Assembly: GCF_006345805.1 (NCBI RefSeq)
Contig: NC_043015.1
Location: 30,380,001 to 30,444,000, forward strand
Reading direction: 5' to 3'
DNA length: 64,000 nt
Origin: Octopus sinensis
Taxonomy: Eukaryota
Of this stretch, positions 1 through 13,058 are shown piece by piece. How positions within the stretch are numbered: position 1 is the first letter of the stretch; the number at the start of each line of letters is the position of its first letter. Below the pieces are notes generated by a model. That model made no database searches, was not told the origin of the DNA, and worked only from the letters and a program-made list of their open reading frames with translations. A program made the translations under genes and the position numbers.

Positions 1-105
1 TCACATACACACAAACCGTTTGTTGCAGCCATTCAGTTGAGGAATTGTTCAGACAGATGTTACCACCACAACAACAAACAGTTGACTTGCTAAACAGTTA
101 GCAGG
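1..105 (+). other. Candidate non-coding (5'UTR) exon ending in a strong splice donor
   Basis: CAGG|gtaagt at 102-111. All three forward frames contain stops. Non-repetitive, CpG-retaining sequence. Linkage to the MCT gene is not demonstrable from sequence. Confidence 0.35.
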
Positions 106-898
106 GTAAGTTTTTTTGATTCCCCTCACTAAACATTTTTACTATAATGATCTCCACAAATAAACCGTCCAACACACCCTTTCATTTCTCCCCCATTCAC
201 CATCGTCAGATTATATTTTCCGATATCTTAACAGAAAAGACAAATTCTGTGGTGGTAGACTCTGTCTCTTGTCTATATATTTCTATATAGTCGTGGTCGA
301 CTTTGCCTTTCATCCTTTCGGGGTCGATAAATTAAGTACCAGTTACGCACTGGGGTCGATATAATCGACTTAATCCATTTGTCTGTCCTCGTTTGTCCCC
401 TCTGCGTTTAGCCCCTTGTGGGTAGTAAAGAAATATATATATTTCTATGAATAAATAGAAAAATAGGTTCACAGGCGTTCAAACAGATAAACAAACCTCT
501 CCGTGCTAATTTCTCTCTATTTCTCCCCTATATATATATATATATATACATCATTACTGTTTTCTCTTTCCCATGTTTTGCTGGTGTCTCGTACACTCAT
601 CCTTTCTCTTCAGATGTTCTCTTTGTCTCTATTTTTTCTCTTCTTTCTTCTCATAACTATTTACATATTGTATATTACAACTCTCACAATTCCCATCACT
701 CTGTCTGCTATCCGTTCTCTCTTTCCTTTCTGCTCTCCATTCTACGACGGCTACACTTGTACCATACGGACGAGTCGACATCTGTTCCCTTTTCATCCCT
801 TCTCTATCTCATTGGTTATCAATCCCCTTTTTTTGTAATAATCTTCCACGCTTCTTTTCTCTCTCTCTCTCAACCTTTTGTAATTCTCTACTTCTGAT

Positions 899-952
<54 letters not shown>

Positions 953-1661
953 TATATATATATTATATATATATATATACATATATGTGTGTGTGTGTAT
1001 GTATGTATGGAGCGAGAGAGATTACGCAAGTGCGTTCCTACCATGACCTCTGTAACGTATTTGTAGAAAAATTCATTTAAAACATACCCATTTTTCTAAG
1101 AGATATGAGGAAACAAAGTCGGTGTGACACACACACACACACTTGTTGTTATGCCTATGTGTGTGCGTGGAAACACACACAACACACACACAAAGACTGT
1201 ATGTGTATAATCTTCAGCCCTTTCACATCATCCACTCTTTTTTATCTCTTTCATCTACCCTTTTCGGCGCCCTTTCTTTTGCAGTTTGCCTAGGTTAAAC
1301 ACACAAATCAGCCGACTACCTACCCTCATTTTCATTGTATGTACCTAGCGCACCTGTCTCCGTGTTTTGAGGTGACGAAACCATTAACTCCATCGTTCTT
1401 CACATATTTAAATATATATTATCCCATCCCGTTAGCTATAAACATGTATCTTATATTTTTCTGTTGTCTACCTTTTCTTTTTCCGTCTCCCTTCCTTAAT
1501 ACATCCTTTATAGGTATTTCATATGCATATATCCATACAACTAGAAGCTTTAAATAAAACACTGTGTGTGTGTGTGTGTATCGTTTGTAGAAAACAAATC
1601 CGAAAAAACAACCTCTAAGATGTAAAGCAGTATATATATATATATGCTGCTCTAAAAGTGG

Positions 1662-1805
1662 GGAAGGCCGGTTTATGAGATTACCTTAGATTTCCGATCC
1701 CTAAAGGGTTTAGTTTTATAGTGTATCGTCAGATCTGATGATACGCCATAAAGCTAAACCCTTAAGGGACAGGAAACTTAAGGTAACATCATAAACTGGC
1801 CTTCC
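1662..1805. repeat. 144-bp foldback palindrome (72-bp arms, no spacer)
   Basis: ggaaggcc(g/a)gtttatga...tcaga|tctga...tcataaactggccttcc, with about 12 mismatches between arms. Confidence 0.92.
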
Positions 1806-2084
1806 AAATTTTATATATATATATAATATATATATATATAATATATATATATATATGGCTTAGATTTTCCCTTTGGGGCTGGCCAGATCGGAGCAATCTC
1901 AAGATTAATCAGCCGAAATTGCGAAGATGATCCGGTTCTTGACTGAAGATTGAAGGCTTCGAATGTCTCGTCCCGTCCGTGTTTTTTGTATCGTCTTCTA
2001 AATGTTTTACGTTCTTGTCCCAGTTTGTATTTTTTTACATTTACACACACATATATATATATATGCACACATACGTATAATTGA

Positions 2085-2115
<31 letters not shown>

Positions 2116-2442
2116 TTCATTCATGCTTACTCCACCACCCCGTCTCTCCTCCCCTCTGTAAAACCTGTCCACGTTTTCAACTCACACGTGTTCACATGTA
2201 AAGCGTAAGTAATCAACTTACAGCAGATCACCTCTATATCTACTTTTCTATTTGTTGACCACTGTAACATGTTCACTCTTCCACAACACACACATACTCT
2301 CTCCCTCTATAAATGTATATATGTATAGATAGATACACATACGTGTATTTGCGTGTGTGTCTGTACACACGTGTCTATTAGCAACCCATTCGAATGCATT
2401 CATAGATATTAGATATACCGAAAGAGCGAAGATAAAGAATAC

Positions 2443-2494
2443 GCACACCACCCGTTTTCGGCGTTTAGGGTTGCGCCGAAAACGGGTGGTGTGC
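2443..2494. repeat. Perfect 21-bp GC-rich hairpin with a 10-nt loop
   Basis: gcacaccacccgttttcggcg-tttagggttg-cgccgaaaacgggtggtgtgc. Confidence 0.95.
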
Positions 2495-4497
2495 TTATCC
2501 TTTGTCCCCCACGTACCGAAAGTACCAACTTGGATACACATATAAGGGGGTGGGACAGAATGAGTAAGTTTTACTGCATTTTTGCCTTTCAGAAAAAAAC
2601 ACGGATCATTTTTTTCTAGTGTTCGTTACCTTGCAAAAGCAATATCTGCTATGAAAATGACCTTCCCTTAATGCATTAATTAAAAACACGATAACATACT
2701 CAGAAAACTATTTCAGAAAATTCTCACCTTTCTCTTTGAGCATATAAAGACAAATTTACCTGGGCCCAAATGAGTAGGACAAAATAAGGTAAATTCGCTG
2801 CTTTAATTCTTTAGAATTACATTCGAAAACAAACTCATACACATCAATATTCATTCTTAGGCATCAGAAAAATTAGAAAACACAATAAGAATTTAAAATG
2901 TCTTAGTCAAATGAAAGAGGATCGTGGAAAAATGGCACACGGTAGGAAATTAACGAACTTCGACTAGGGCTAAAAATTCAAACATTAAATATATAGTTTC
3001 TTCATGATCAGCTGGAGTGGTGCTCTTCCTGGTATATTTAGGCACCATGCAATTACAGTGAAGAAATTATTGAAATTAGTTATTATTCATTCTGTACCGA
3101 TTTAGATATCATTATGTGAAAACTGAAAATTAGACATTAATGTGCGGGAAAAATTGACTTGGAATCCAACAAAGAAAAAAAAAATATTGATTGTTAATCA
3201 TCAAAAATTATCCAGATTTTTTTTTTTATTAAGAAGCTCAATTAAAACGGGGGTCGAAGTTGAGGAAACATTTCTTGAAAAAAAAAAAAGCACCTGTCGC
3301 CTATGTTTCAAACTCTCTGAACTTAAAGATGAACAACTGGGCTGACCAATGTTTGCCCCTTAAAGATACTCTCTGTGGAGTGGTTGGTGTAACTAAGCCA
3401 AAACAGACTGGAGCTTGGGGGCAGTTCTCCATCTTATTCCAGTCGAACCGATGCCAGCATGAAAACTTACGCTAAATGATGATAATGATGACATACATGC
3501 GTGTATGTATGTATGTATGTATGTATATATGTGTGTGTGTATGCAAAAATTTAGATTCAAATGAATATATGTATATATATATATGTGTGTGTGTATATAT
3601 ATATGTGTATATTATATATATATATATAATGTGTGTGTGTGTGTGTGTATATATATGTATATATGTATATATTTATATACACTCACATAGATATATATAC
3701 AGATTACATACACACCCACCCATATGCACACATGTGTGTATACACACAGATAAACACACACACATTTAATGCTTCTCTATCCAACCTTTCGCATTTTTCT
3801 CTCTGTCTCACTCTATTTAATCTTTTATTTATTTTTATTTCTTGTCTCAAACGAACATTCCCCAATGCTTATATAATCGCTTAATTCTATAAATTAGTTG
3901 ATTTTTTTTACCCCAATTTTTGCTGATCATTAAATAACCATGTTTTGCCACTAACCCATCCTATACCGTCTGTCCGTTGTTGAGTGTAAGTGCACCAGCC
4001 TTCTGGTCCATATATGTATCACATTTTGATGTTATTTACAGACACGGATATACGCGCGCTTCCACTCATACATACATACATACATACACAGTTCGACATA
4101 TTCGGGGAGGGTTGTAGTTTGTCTTTTGAATATGTACAATCGATTTATAGATGTGTCGATATCTGTATGGGGCACAAATATCATGGTCTCTATGTATGTG
4201 TGTATATTATATTTGCGTGTGTCTTGTATGTGGTGGTTCCTTCCATTGTACAGATTACATAAACTGACACATATGCGTGTGTGTATGTATGTATATATAT
4301 ATTATATATATATATATGCTACTACTACTACTACTAATATAGGATGGAGTTTTTTTTTACAGAAAAATAAAATTTTCATCAAAAAAGTGGCTGCATGTTA
4401 AAATACCTTTAAAGGTTAAAATTATAAACAAGATCAAAAGAAAATTATTTCTATGCCAATATGCTAATAACAGAATTATATATAAGTTGTATATGTA

Positions 4498-4902
4498 TAC
4501 TCTTTTACTTGTTTCAGTCAGTTGACTGCGGCCATGCTGGAGCACCGCCTTTAATCGAGCAAATCGACCCCGGAACTTATTCTTTTTGTAAGCCCAGTAC
4601 TTATTCTATCGGTCTCTTTTGCCGAACCGCTAAGTAACAGGGACATAAACACACCAGCATCGGTTGTCAAGCAACGCTAGAGAGACAAACACAGACACAC
4701 AAACACACACACATACATATACATATATATACATATATACGACTGGCTTCTTTCAGTTTCCGTCTACCAAATCCACTCACAAGGCTTTGGTCGGCCCGAG
4801 GCTATAGCAGAAGACACTCGCCCAAGGTGCCACGCGGTGGGACTGAACCCGGAACCATGTGGGTGGTAGACAAGCTACTTACCACACAGCCACTCCTGCG
4901 CC
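4498..4902 (-). mobile_element. tRNA-derived SINE family A (octopus OK/OR-type, about 400 bp), full length
   Basis: Head ggcgcaggagtggctgtgtggtaag...ggttccgggttcagtccc (A/B boxes), internal (TA)n(TG)n, tail actgaaacaagtaaaagag. Multiple near-identical copies in the window. Confidence 0.9.
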
Positions 4903-4908
4903 TATGTA

Positions 4909-4941
<33 letters not shown>

Positions 4942-5000
4942 CATACATACATACATAGACACATGCGCCCGCGTGTATGTATATATATATATATATATAG

Positions 5001-5040
<40 letters not shown>

Positions 5041-5210
5041 TGTTTAAGATAAAATGTCCAGTTCCTTGGTTTTGTGTTTATATTTTTCGTTTCTCATTGT
5101 GTTCGACGTATTTTTGGTGTCCTGTACCCATATATGCGTGTATATATACATGTAGAGGTAGGTACGTACATATATGTATGTATATATGCATGTTTTATTT
5201 ATTAATTTAT

Positions 5211-5244
<34 letters not shown>

Positions 5245-6549
5245 ATATATATCAATATATAATAATTCGTTGCTATTATGCAAAAGTATCGTAAGTCCAA
5301 AACGGTGCTTTTTTTCAGAAAAATTAGTTTCACCATTCCATAGCAAAAACTGTGTACTACACATTGACGATATCTTGGCATCTGAAAACAGCTGGACATA
5401 CGATAGTTTGACCAAAAGACCCGGCTATTGCAAGCAAAAATAAATATTGAAAAAAATCGCATTTGGCCAAATTTGGACATACTATAGTTCAAGATATATA
5501 CTCATACAAGAATTTTCGCATTTCGCTAGCATCGTTCCGTTTTTTCGCACAATTCCTCAACACGCTAAAGTGTATGATAATGGCTTAAGCACAGAATTTT
5601 TTTAGCTTTCAAATCCTCTTTCATTCTGTGCCTCTCTCATCTATCCATGTCTTTATTTTTCTGTTTATTTGTGTCATCTTTTTAGTTTTTAATGTCTGCT
5701 TTGCTGGTTGTGTGTGTGTGTGTGTTCCAGTCGGATGCCCTTCCTGACGCCAACCCATTTAGCCGTCACGCTGGGGGAATATAGTTGTACTTATTCTCAA
5801 AAAAACACGATACACAGGGGCCTCAATATATCTATCACATGCACGTGTATAACTCATACAGATGTAAACACAAACAAACAGACACACACACACATACACG
5901 ATACAGTCTCGTGTTGGTACACGCGCACCTAATATTTAAAATGGGGGGGGGCAGAGGGGGGCGAAAGGATCTTGTTTCTGTTTTTTTACTCAAACATGGC
6001 ACTGACTTTTAACATGTCTAACGAAAGCAGCAGCAATTGCACATTATACCAGACTCTATGTCTATCTACCATAATCTACCGTTGCCAGATGTTTTTTTTC
6101 TTTTTTGTATTCTATCCTCTCCCATTTAAACACATCTTTTTTCATTGGTGATTGAGGTCTTGTTATTAACAAACAGACTTATTTATTATAATCAACAGAT
6201 GATGTTATTAGTGACTAAATATATGTTTGTTATATCTGTTGCCTTCCGAGTGAGAGCATCTTGCTATTGTTACGCCTACTGTCCTATACTAACTGACTGA
6301 CTAGTCTGTTGTTATTTTGTTCTGTTGTCTCACACTGATTAAGAATATGATGTTGGCTATGTTCATCGAATAACTACATTGTTGTTACATCTTTTGTCTC
6401 CTTGAGAGGAAAATAGATAAATTTATCATGCCTGCCATCCTGTAATATGTAAATTGTTGATAGGTCAGTATCCTATAATGGCTAGGATGCTGCTATACCT
6501 ATTGTCCTATAAGAATGGTTTTGTTATGCCTGTTATATAACCAAAATAT

Positions 6550-6870
6550 GGTGTGGCTGTGTGGTAAGAACTTGGCTTCCCAGCCATATTGGTTCCGGGT
6601 TCGTTCCTACTGCACGGCGCGTTGGGCTAGTGCTTTCTACTATACCCCCCCCCACCGGCCGACCAAGGCCTTATGAATGGATTTGGTGGACGGAAACTGA
6701 AAGAAGCCCGTCGCGCACGCTGTCTGTCCACCACCGCTTGACAACCAGTGCTGGTTTGTTTACGTCACCGTAACGTAACAGCTCGGCAAAAAGCGAACGA
6801 TAGAATAAGTACAAGGCTTAGAAAAAAGTACAGGGGTCGTTTTGTTGAAGAGAGTGCCCCAACATGATAA
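6550..6870 (+). mobile_element. SINE family A, diverged copy
   Basis: gtggctgtgtggtaag...gatttggtggacggaaactgaaagaagcccg...gatagaataagtac. Confidence 0.8.
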
Positions 6871-7559
6871 AAGAAAGATTATGCCATTTGTTATAGGATT
6901 ACAAATATGATTTTATGTCTTGTCCCGCAGTCACTGAACCTGACGTTATATCTGTTCTAGATAGGACCTGAGTATATTTTCGTTTGCTCAATAGCAAAGG
7001 ACTGAGTATATTATGTTTGCGTAGCTCACAAGTGTTAGGGACTAGGCGTATTGTTATGTCTGTTATCCCGTCCTAATGTATACCAAGTACCCTTTTGACC
7101 AGGCTCCCGTGGCTTTTATGGGTTTTTCCTCGAGTAACCCTTTCGAAGCGCCTCCCCCCTTTTGGGAGTTTTAATTGTTACTTATATTTCGCTGTTATCC
7201 TGCTTTTGTACACGGACCTTTTTTTCAAACGGACAAAACCTTTTGTAACTTTCGTCCTGTGTTTTACCCCTTTATGTTTTTTAATTGATTGTTGTTAGCC
7301 CTTGTGGCCAATAAACGAACGAATTATTATTATTATTGTGTTTATTATCCTAACGGACCGGACATATTGTTTAAATATCCTGCAGTAATGGATTGGGTAT
7401 ATTAATTAGCTGTTGTGATATCTATTGTTCCACAGTGGCTGAGTGTGTGTCGCATAATAGTAGTAACTAAGAATACTGTTGTTATGTCTATTAGCCGCAA
7501 GTAGCTGCGTATGGATATTGTTTGTTTATTATACCAAAGAAACCGAATTCTTCTCCATT

Positions 7560-7835
7560 CCCATGTTCATACAATCTGTTGTTTGCCCGCCAAGGTAAAC
7601 TAAAACCGTAAGGAAAAGAAGGTGCGTTTGCCGAAGCGAGTGTGGATTGGTCGACTTGTAGACACATGCACACACTCTAGTTTCACGTGAGACCACACCT
7701 ACTCGTGGTGGTTCCCATCTGTGCGCTTGTAATGACCTTGGTGCTTTAGCTTGGAGAAAATTACAAGGTAAGAGTAACCGAAACGGTGATCAATAAACAG
7801 TGGATATAAGAGGGGGCGGGTTTAGCTGATTGGAT
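7560..7835 (+). promoter_or_regulatory. Candidate promoter / 5'UTR exon (donor at 7768)
   Basis: Unique, CpG-rich sequence. E-box CACGTG at about 7684, AAG|gtaaga donor at 7768, GC box GGGGCGGG at about 7813, inverted CCAAT (gattgg) at about 7828. Confidence 0.35.
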
Positions 7836-8125
7836 ACAAAGGTGGACGAAAGGTATATAGAGTTGGATTACCAGGTATTTTACGAAGTCTGTTGGTGGAT
7901 GGAAATGTTGGTAGATGAGTAAGTAGTCGGGTAGACAGGTACAGACAGATGCGATGGTGTTGCGGCTAAGCGAATTAGCAGACTGCCTGGCTGGTTAACA
8001 ATATAAGACATCAAAGGGGGATACCAATTCTACCAGATATAATGAAGGCTTTATTGCGTGTGTGCGCGCGTTTGTGAATAATATATATGCACGCGCGCAT
8101 ATCTGTCTATCTATTTATCTATCGA

Positions 8126-8374
8126 TCGTTGCGATTTTGCAGAAATGTCGTAAGTCCAAACGTTGCCTTTTTCAGAAAAGGAAAAAAGTAGTTCCACCAT
8201 TCCATAGCAAAACCGTTGTTTGACAATTTTTGATATTTTGGCATCTGAAGCAGCTGGAGATAGAATAGTTTGACCCAAAGAACCGGTTATTGCAAGCAAA
8301 AATAAATATTGGGAAAAAAAAAAAACGCATTTGACCAAATTTGGACAAACAACAATTTGACATAATAGCAACGA
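8126..8374. mobile_element. Unclassified MITE (TIR TCGTTGC.ATT.TG); second copy at 5268-5490
   Basis: tcgttgcgattttg ... cataatagcaacga termini. The 5268-5490 copy aligns throughout (the ORF-track products at 5202-5492 and 8111-8506 are similar). Confidence 0.75.
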
Positions 8375-8557
8375 TATATATATATATATATATATATATC
8401 GGACGATATTAAGAATGGATAAATATCTTATTATTTGAGTTCTTGCTGTTCTGCATGTACCCTGTAAATTATTATTTGTTTGGCTGGCATCTGCACACAT
8501 CAGCAAATAATTTTGTTTGCAAATTCCTTATAAACAAGAGCTTCTGTTTCTTTTCAG

Positions 8558-8598
8558 ATTCATTGATCTGGCGGGGTAGCTTTGAGACATTCGGCAAG
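8558..8598 (+). other. Candidate short internal non-coding exon
   Basis: Acceptor cttctgtttcttttcag (8557) and donor AAG|gtcaga (8599), located at the end of the CpG-retaining domain. Confidence 0.3.
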
Positions 8599-8764
8599 GT
8601 CAGAGTGCCACAGGGTGCCACAAAGTCCCATTAAAGCTGTAAATCATGTGTGTTTGAAGCTTTTAACTATAGAGTTCAGCAGAGTCCACGAGTGTTTTCA
8701 CATAGGGTCAAAGCCATTTCCCTTCACTTAAATGCTGAATGCCAGGGGGCAAGGCAGCAATACC

Positions 8765-8975
8765 TATTTCTTTATTACCCACAAGGGGACAAACAAGGAC
8801 AGACATAGGTATTAAGTCGATTACATCGACCCCAGTGCGTAACTGGCACTTAATTTATCGACCCCGAAAGGATGAAAGGCAAAGTCGACCTCGGCGGAAT
8901 TTGAACTCACAGCGTAATGGCAGACGAAATACCGCTAAGCATTTCGCCTGGCGTGCTAACGTTTCTGCCAGCTCC
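8765..8975 (-). mobile_element. tRNA-derived SINE family C (Nin/Deu-domain-like core)
   Basis: Minus strand: gagctggcagaaacgttagc...gagttcaaattccgccgaggtcgactttgcctttcatcctttcggggtcgataaattaagtacc. A partial + copy is at 293-435. Confidence 0.88.
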
Positions 8976-10127
8976 ACTCTCTCTACCATCCTTAAAGTGT
9001 GATAGTATGCAATCATATTGTATTCTGACAATAAAACCTGTCATTGTTCAATTATACCCTCTTAAATGGACAACAAACTCGTCTATTATATTTCTAATTA
9101 ACCATTTATTCTTAAAAATAGCCAATTAATTTTATTAAGTCTTTGGATCCTTAGATTATTATTTCCATATTTTTAATATCGTTGTTGTTTAGACTCAAGT
9201 CTGCTCTGAACAAGCTGACAAATGTTTGAAGGTGTTCTAGCCATGACCATCTCATTTTATTGTATATAGAGGATCACTTTACCCATGTCCTTCCTTTCTT
9301 TTAGGATAGTAGAGTTTAATATCCAGTGAAATTTGGCTGCTATTTCTAGCAAGTTTAATGACCACACAATCTCCCTTATTTTTGTTGCTGGTTAGCCAGA
9401 GGTGTGTGCTGAATGAGTAGACCATTGATCAGACATTCCAGTCATGACTATCACATCTATTTAGACATATCTTAGACAGCATTTTCCAAAGTGTCTTTCT
9501 CTTTTTGTAGATGGTCGGGTTGGTGATTTGAAGTAGATTTGACTGCTGCCTCCAGCAGATCCGGTGACCTCATAGACGTCTCATTGTCATTCCTCTGTGT
9601 GCCTGTGTTAGAAACAAATTTAATGTCAAGTCAAACAAAAGAAGTTCTGCTCAACCTTGCTAGATATGATAGCCATATCTTCCTCAAATCACATACTGCC
9701 ATCTTTGAAAAGAATAATGGATGAACACATCGGTTAATGTAATCTGAGTAAACTTTATCTGAAAAATGGCATGTCACTTTTTTTTTTTTTTGTGGAAGGG
9801 TGGGGGGCAGACACAGGGCCCACCTGGAGCTGGACAGCTAAAACTAGTCTAAGATAAAAAGAATTACACACAGACAGACATCTGTAGATTGTTCACATGG
9901 TGGTATCTGGCTTTGTTTAAACCAGTTATCAAGTGAAAAGGTTAGTCAGTTACCTTTAGCTAAAGGTAATTAATTAACAGCTTTGCTTCACCCACTTTAG
10001 TTATCCCGGGGGGGGGGGCAGGTGTAATAGTGGAGTAGAGGAAAAAAAAAAAAAGAAATGAAAATTCCATTAACCGGGGGGGGGGGTCTTGTTTATTTCT
10101 TTATTGACCCCTTTCTCCATCAAGCAC

Positions 10128-10295
<168 letters not shown>

Positions 10296-10794
10296 ATTTA
10301 ATGATGAATATATAAACTTTCAACTGAACATAAAAGGGGATTTTGTCCTCCCCCAATGAAACCTGTTTGGGTAGAAATCTTCTACCCATACCAAGTTTTG
10401 TGTATTGCTGTTTTCCTTCAGCCATTCATCCACTCTGCTTCCTTCTTCATGTCTGCCACACTTAACACCTGTGACAATATTCAATATTTTGTGGACTCTT
10501 TCTCCCACAGGCTGTTGTCTAACTCAGTGAATAATCGGTGAACTACTACATATATATATGCATACACACACACATATATATACGCATTACTTTGCTTCAT
10601 ATATATGTATATAATATGGTTGAGCTAATAAAATAGCAATAATAAATGAGATTTAACGCCATTATGCTGAGTTTCATATTGCTGCGTTTAAATATTGAGA
10701 AATGGTAATGTGAAATTTGGAGAAATGACAATGTAAAATCTTATGATTTTACTTGCTCTTAAAAATCATTAATATATATATATATATATAGGTG

Positions 10795-10960
10795 ATGGAG
10801 TGGCTGTGTGGTAAGTAGCTTGCTAACCAACCACATGGTTCCGGGTTCAGTCTCACTGTGTGGCATCTTGGGCAAGCGTCTTTTGCTACAGCCCCGGGCC
10901 GACCAATGCTTGTGAGTGGATTTGGTAGACGGAAACTGAAAGAAGCCTGTCGTATATATG

Positions 10961-10991
<31 letters not shown>

Positions 10992-11186
10992 CTGAGTTTG
11001 TCCCCCTAGCATTGCTTGACAACCGATGCTGGTGTGTTTACATCCCCGTCACTTAGCGGTTCGGCAAAAGAGACTGATAGAATAAGTACTGGGCTTACAA
11101 AGAATAAGTCCCGGGGTTGATTTGCTCGACTAAAGGCGGTGCTCCAGCATGGCCGCAGTCAAATGACTGAAACAAGTAAAAGAGTA
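10795..11186 (+). mobile_element. SINE family A, full length
   Basis: Same consensus as 4498-4902, opposite orientation. Confidence 0.9.
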
Positions 11187-11410
11187 TTAACTCTTTAGCA
11201 TTTAATCCAGCCATTTCCAGCTCAAATATTCTATTTGTTTTATGTTAAAACTGACCAAACCCAACCTCTCACACCTACCCTACAATGTCATTATAAAAAT
11301 ATACAAACACATCATTGAAATGTTGAAGCTACAAGATAATGCCTAATTAATTCGAACCAATGTGAATAAATAAGCATTACATTTACTAAAGAAATCTGAA
11401 TACTAAAGGG
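11187..11410. mobile_element. piggyBac-type MITE (family P2)
   Basis: TTAA-ctctttagcattt ... gaatactaaaggg. Related pieces at about 21055-21175, 58950-59020 and, inverted, 59960-60146 (ending ctaaaggg-TTAA). Confidence 0.65.
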
Positions 11411-12290
11411 AAAAATTTATCTCGAATATCCTACCATAAAATGAAAGAGCCATCTAGATATCTTTTTGAGGTGCCTTTTAAAAATTTGTAAAATATTTTT
11501 TTCTGGCCCCATGCCAGTGGCACGTAAAAAGCATCATCTGATCGTGGCCGTTTGCCAGCCTCGTCTGGCACGTAAAAGCACCTACTACACTCACGGAGTG
11601 GTTGGCGTTAGGAAGGGCATCCAGCCGTAGAAACATTGCCAGATCAGACTGGGCCTGGTGCAGCCTTCTGGCTTCCCAAACCCCAGTTGAACTGTCCAGC
11701 CCATGCTAGCATGGAAAGTGACGCTAAACGATGATGATTTGTGAAGATTCATTATAAATTTCCTTATAGAATTCCATCACTAAGTTGGCATATGTAGGGT
11801 CTACTATAGTACCCATCACAGTTCTTAAAATTAGCCATTAATCTGTTTCATCAAATTTAAAGGAATTATTTTGTAATATGAATCTAAGCCCATCAAAGAT
11901 AGAATCTTTTACAATGTATTTTGGTTATTCATAGTTGTATGTTTCTAACTAATATTTAATTGCATTGATTCTATAACTGGGAGGGATGTCTATGCATTCA
12001 TTTACAACATCAAAAGAAACTTAATGTATTTTGGCCCACTAGTTTTGGTAAGCATATCTAGATCATCTTGAATGAAACTGTATACGCTTTAAGATGTCCA
12101 AAATATTACTTAGCTTCTATGTTACATGCAAGGCTTGCTATACTCAATCTTAATTTCAGACCATCTGTTGCATAATAGTGGTTTTTATCTCTAATTCATA
12201 TTTTATATATTTATACTGTGAAATTTGATTTAATACTAAATTGAATTTTTCCCTGTAAGTTTGGAGCTATACACCCTAATATTATTATTA
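11410..12290 (-). mobile_element. Penelope-like retroelement RT relic, interrupted by a SINE at 11505-11738
   Basis: Minus strand encodes NNSFKFDE...RTVMGTIVDPTYANLVMEF (11766-11825; PLE GTAMG..APTYANL.M motif) and KRYLDGSFILW (11434-11466; RY(L/I)DD motif, degenerate). Ends at a (TA)n tract. Confidence 0.7.
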
Positions 12291-12339
12291 TATATATAAT
12301 GCATATATACATTATATTTATATATGTCTATCTATTATC

Positions 12340-12670
12340 TATTACTTGTTTCAGTCATTTGACTGTGGCCATGCTGGAGCACCGCCTTTGGAAGCCTAGT
12401 ACTAGTACTACCGAACCGCTAAGTTATGGGGACATAAACACACCAGCATCGGTTGTCAAGCGATGTTTGGGGGGGAGGGCAAACATATACACACACATAC
12501 ATGTATACGACGGGCTTCTTTCAGTTTCCGTCTACCAAATCCACTCACAAGGCTTTGGTCTGCCCGAGGCTATAGTAGAAGACTCTTGCCCAAGGTGTCA
12601 CGCAGTGGGAATGAACCCGGAACCATGTGGTTAGTAAGCAAGCTACTTACCACACAGCCACTCCTGCGCC
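12340..12670 (-). mobile_element. SINE family A, internally deleted
   Basis: Both ends of the consensus are present; the middle segment is missing. Confidence 0.88.
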
Positions 12671-13010
12671 TATGTATGTATATATATATATATATATTAT
12701 GCATATATGCATATTTTGGCATTAGAACAAGTATACCAAGTCCCAGCATGCATTATGAGGCAACTAAAAGAATTGGTCACAGGGAGGGTAAATGGCCATA
12801 AATCGCTGCCCCTGAGAGGCTATTCAGCCTATGTCAGTACAGGAAAGTGGGCCTAGAAAGTTGATGGTATTATACACATACATGCATGCATATATATATA
12901 AAAGTGAATCACCCAGTATTATTTTAGTGCTCAAGGTATGTACGAAAAGATACCTGCAGTTTAAGTGCATTAAGACACACTACTTGTTTAACAACATCTA
13001 TATTGAACAC

Positions 13011-13058
13011 TTGGCCTGACAAACAACATCCAAGATGTTGCGAAACTTGTAATATGTC
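13011..13058 (+). ncRNA. Decayed hammerhead motif in a (TA)n-flanked element
   Basis: CTGACAA (CTGACGA after CpG decay)-a-CAACATC-caa-GATGTTG-c-GAAA-CTTG-TA. Perfect 7-bp helix II, but helix I is not formed. Confidence 0.45.

Noticed and set aside
1734-1775. CTGATGA...TAAACCCTTAAGGGAC inside the 1662-1805 palindrome as a hammerhead
   Set aside because: The essential G12 and U16.1 are absent in both arms and helix I cannot form.
1905-1990. Hammerhead-like CTGAAGA...CTTCGAAT in a TA-embedded element (second copy at 19901-19970)
   Set aside because: Both copies have GAAT rather than GAAA and no consistent helix I or III. Kept only as a probable PLE-type repeat.
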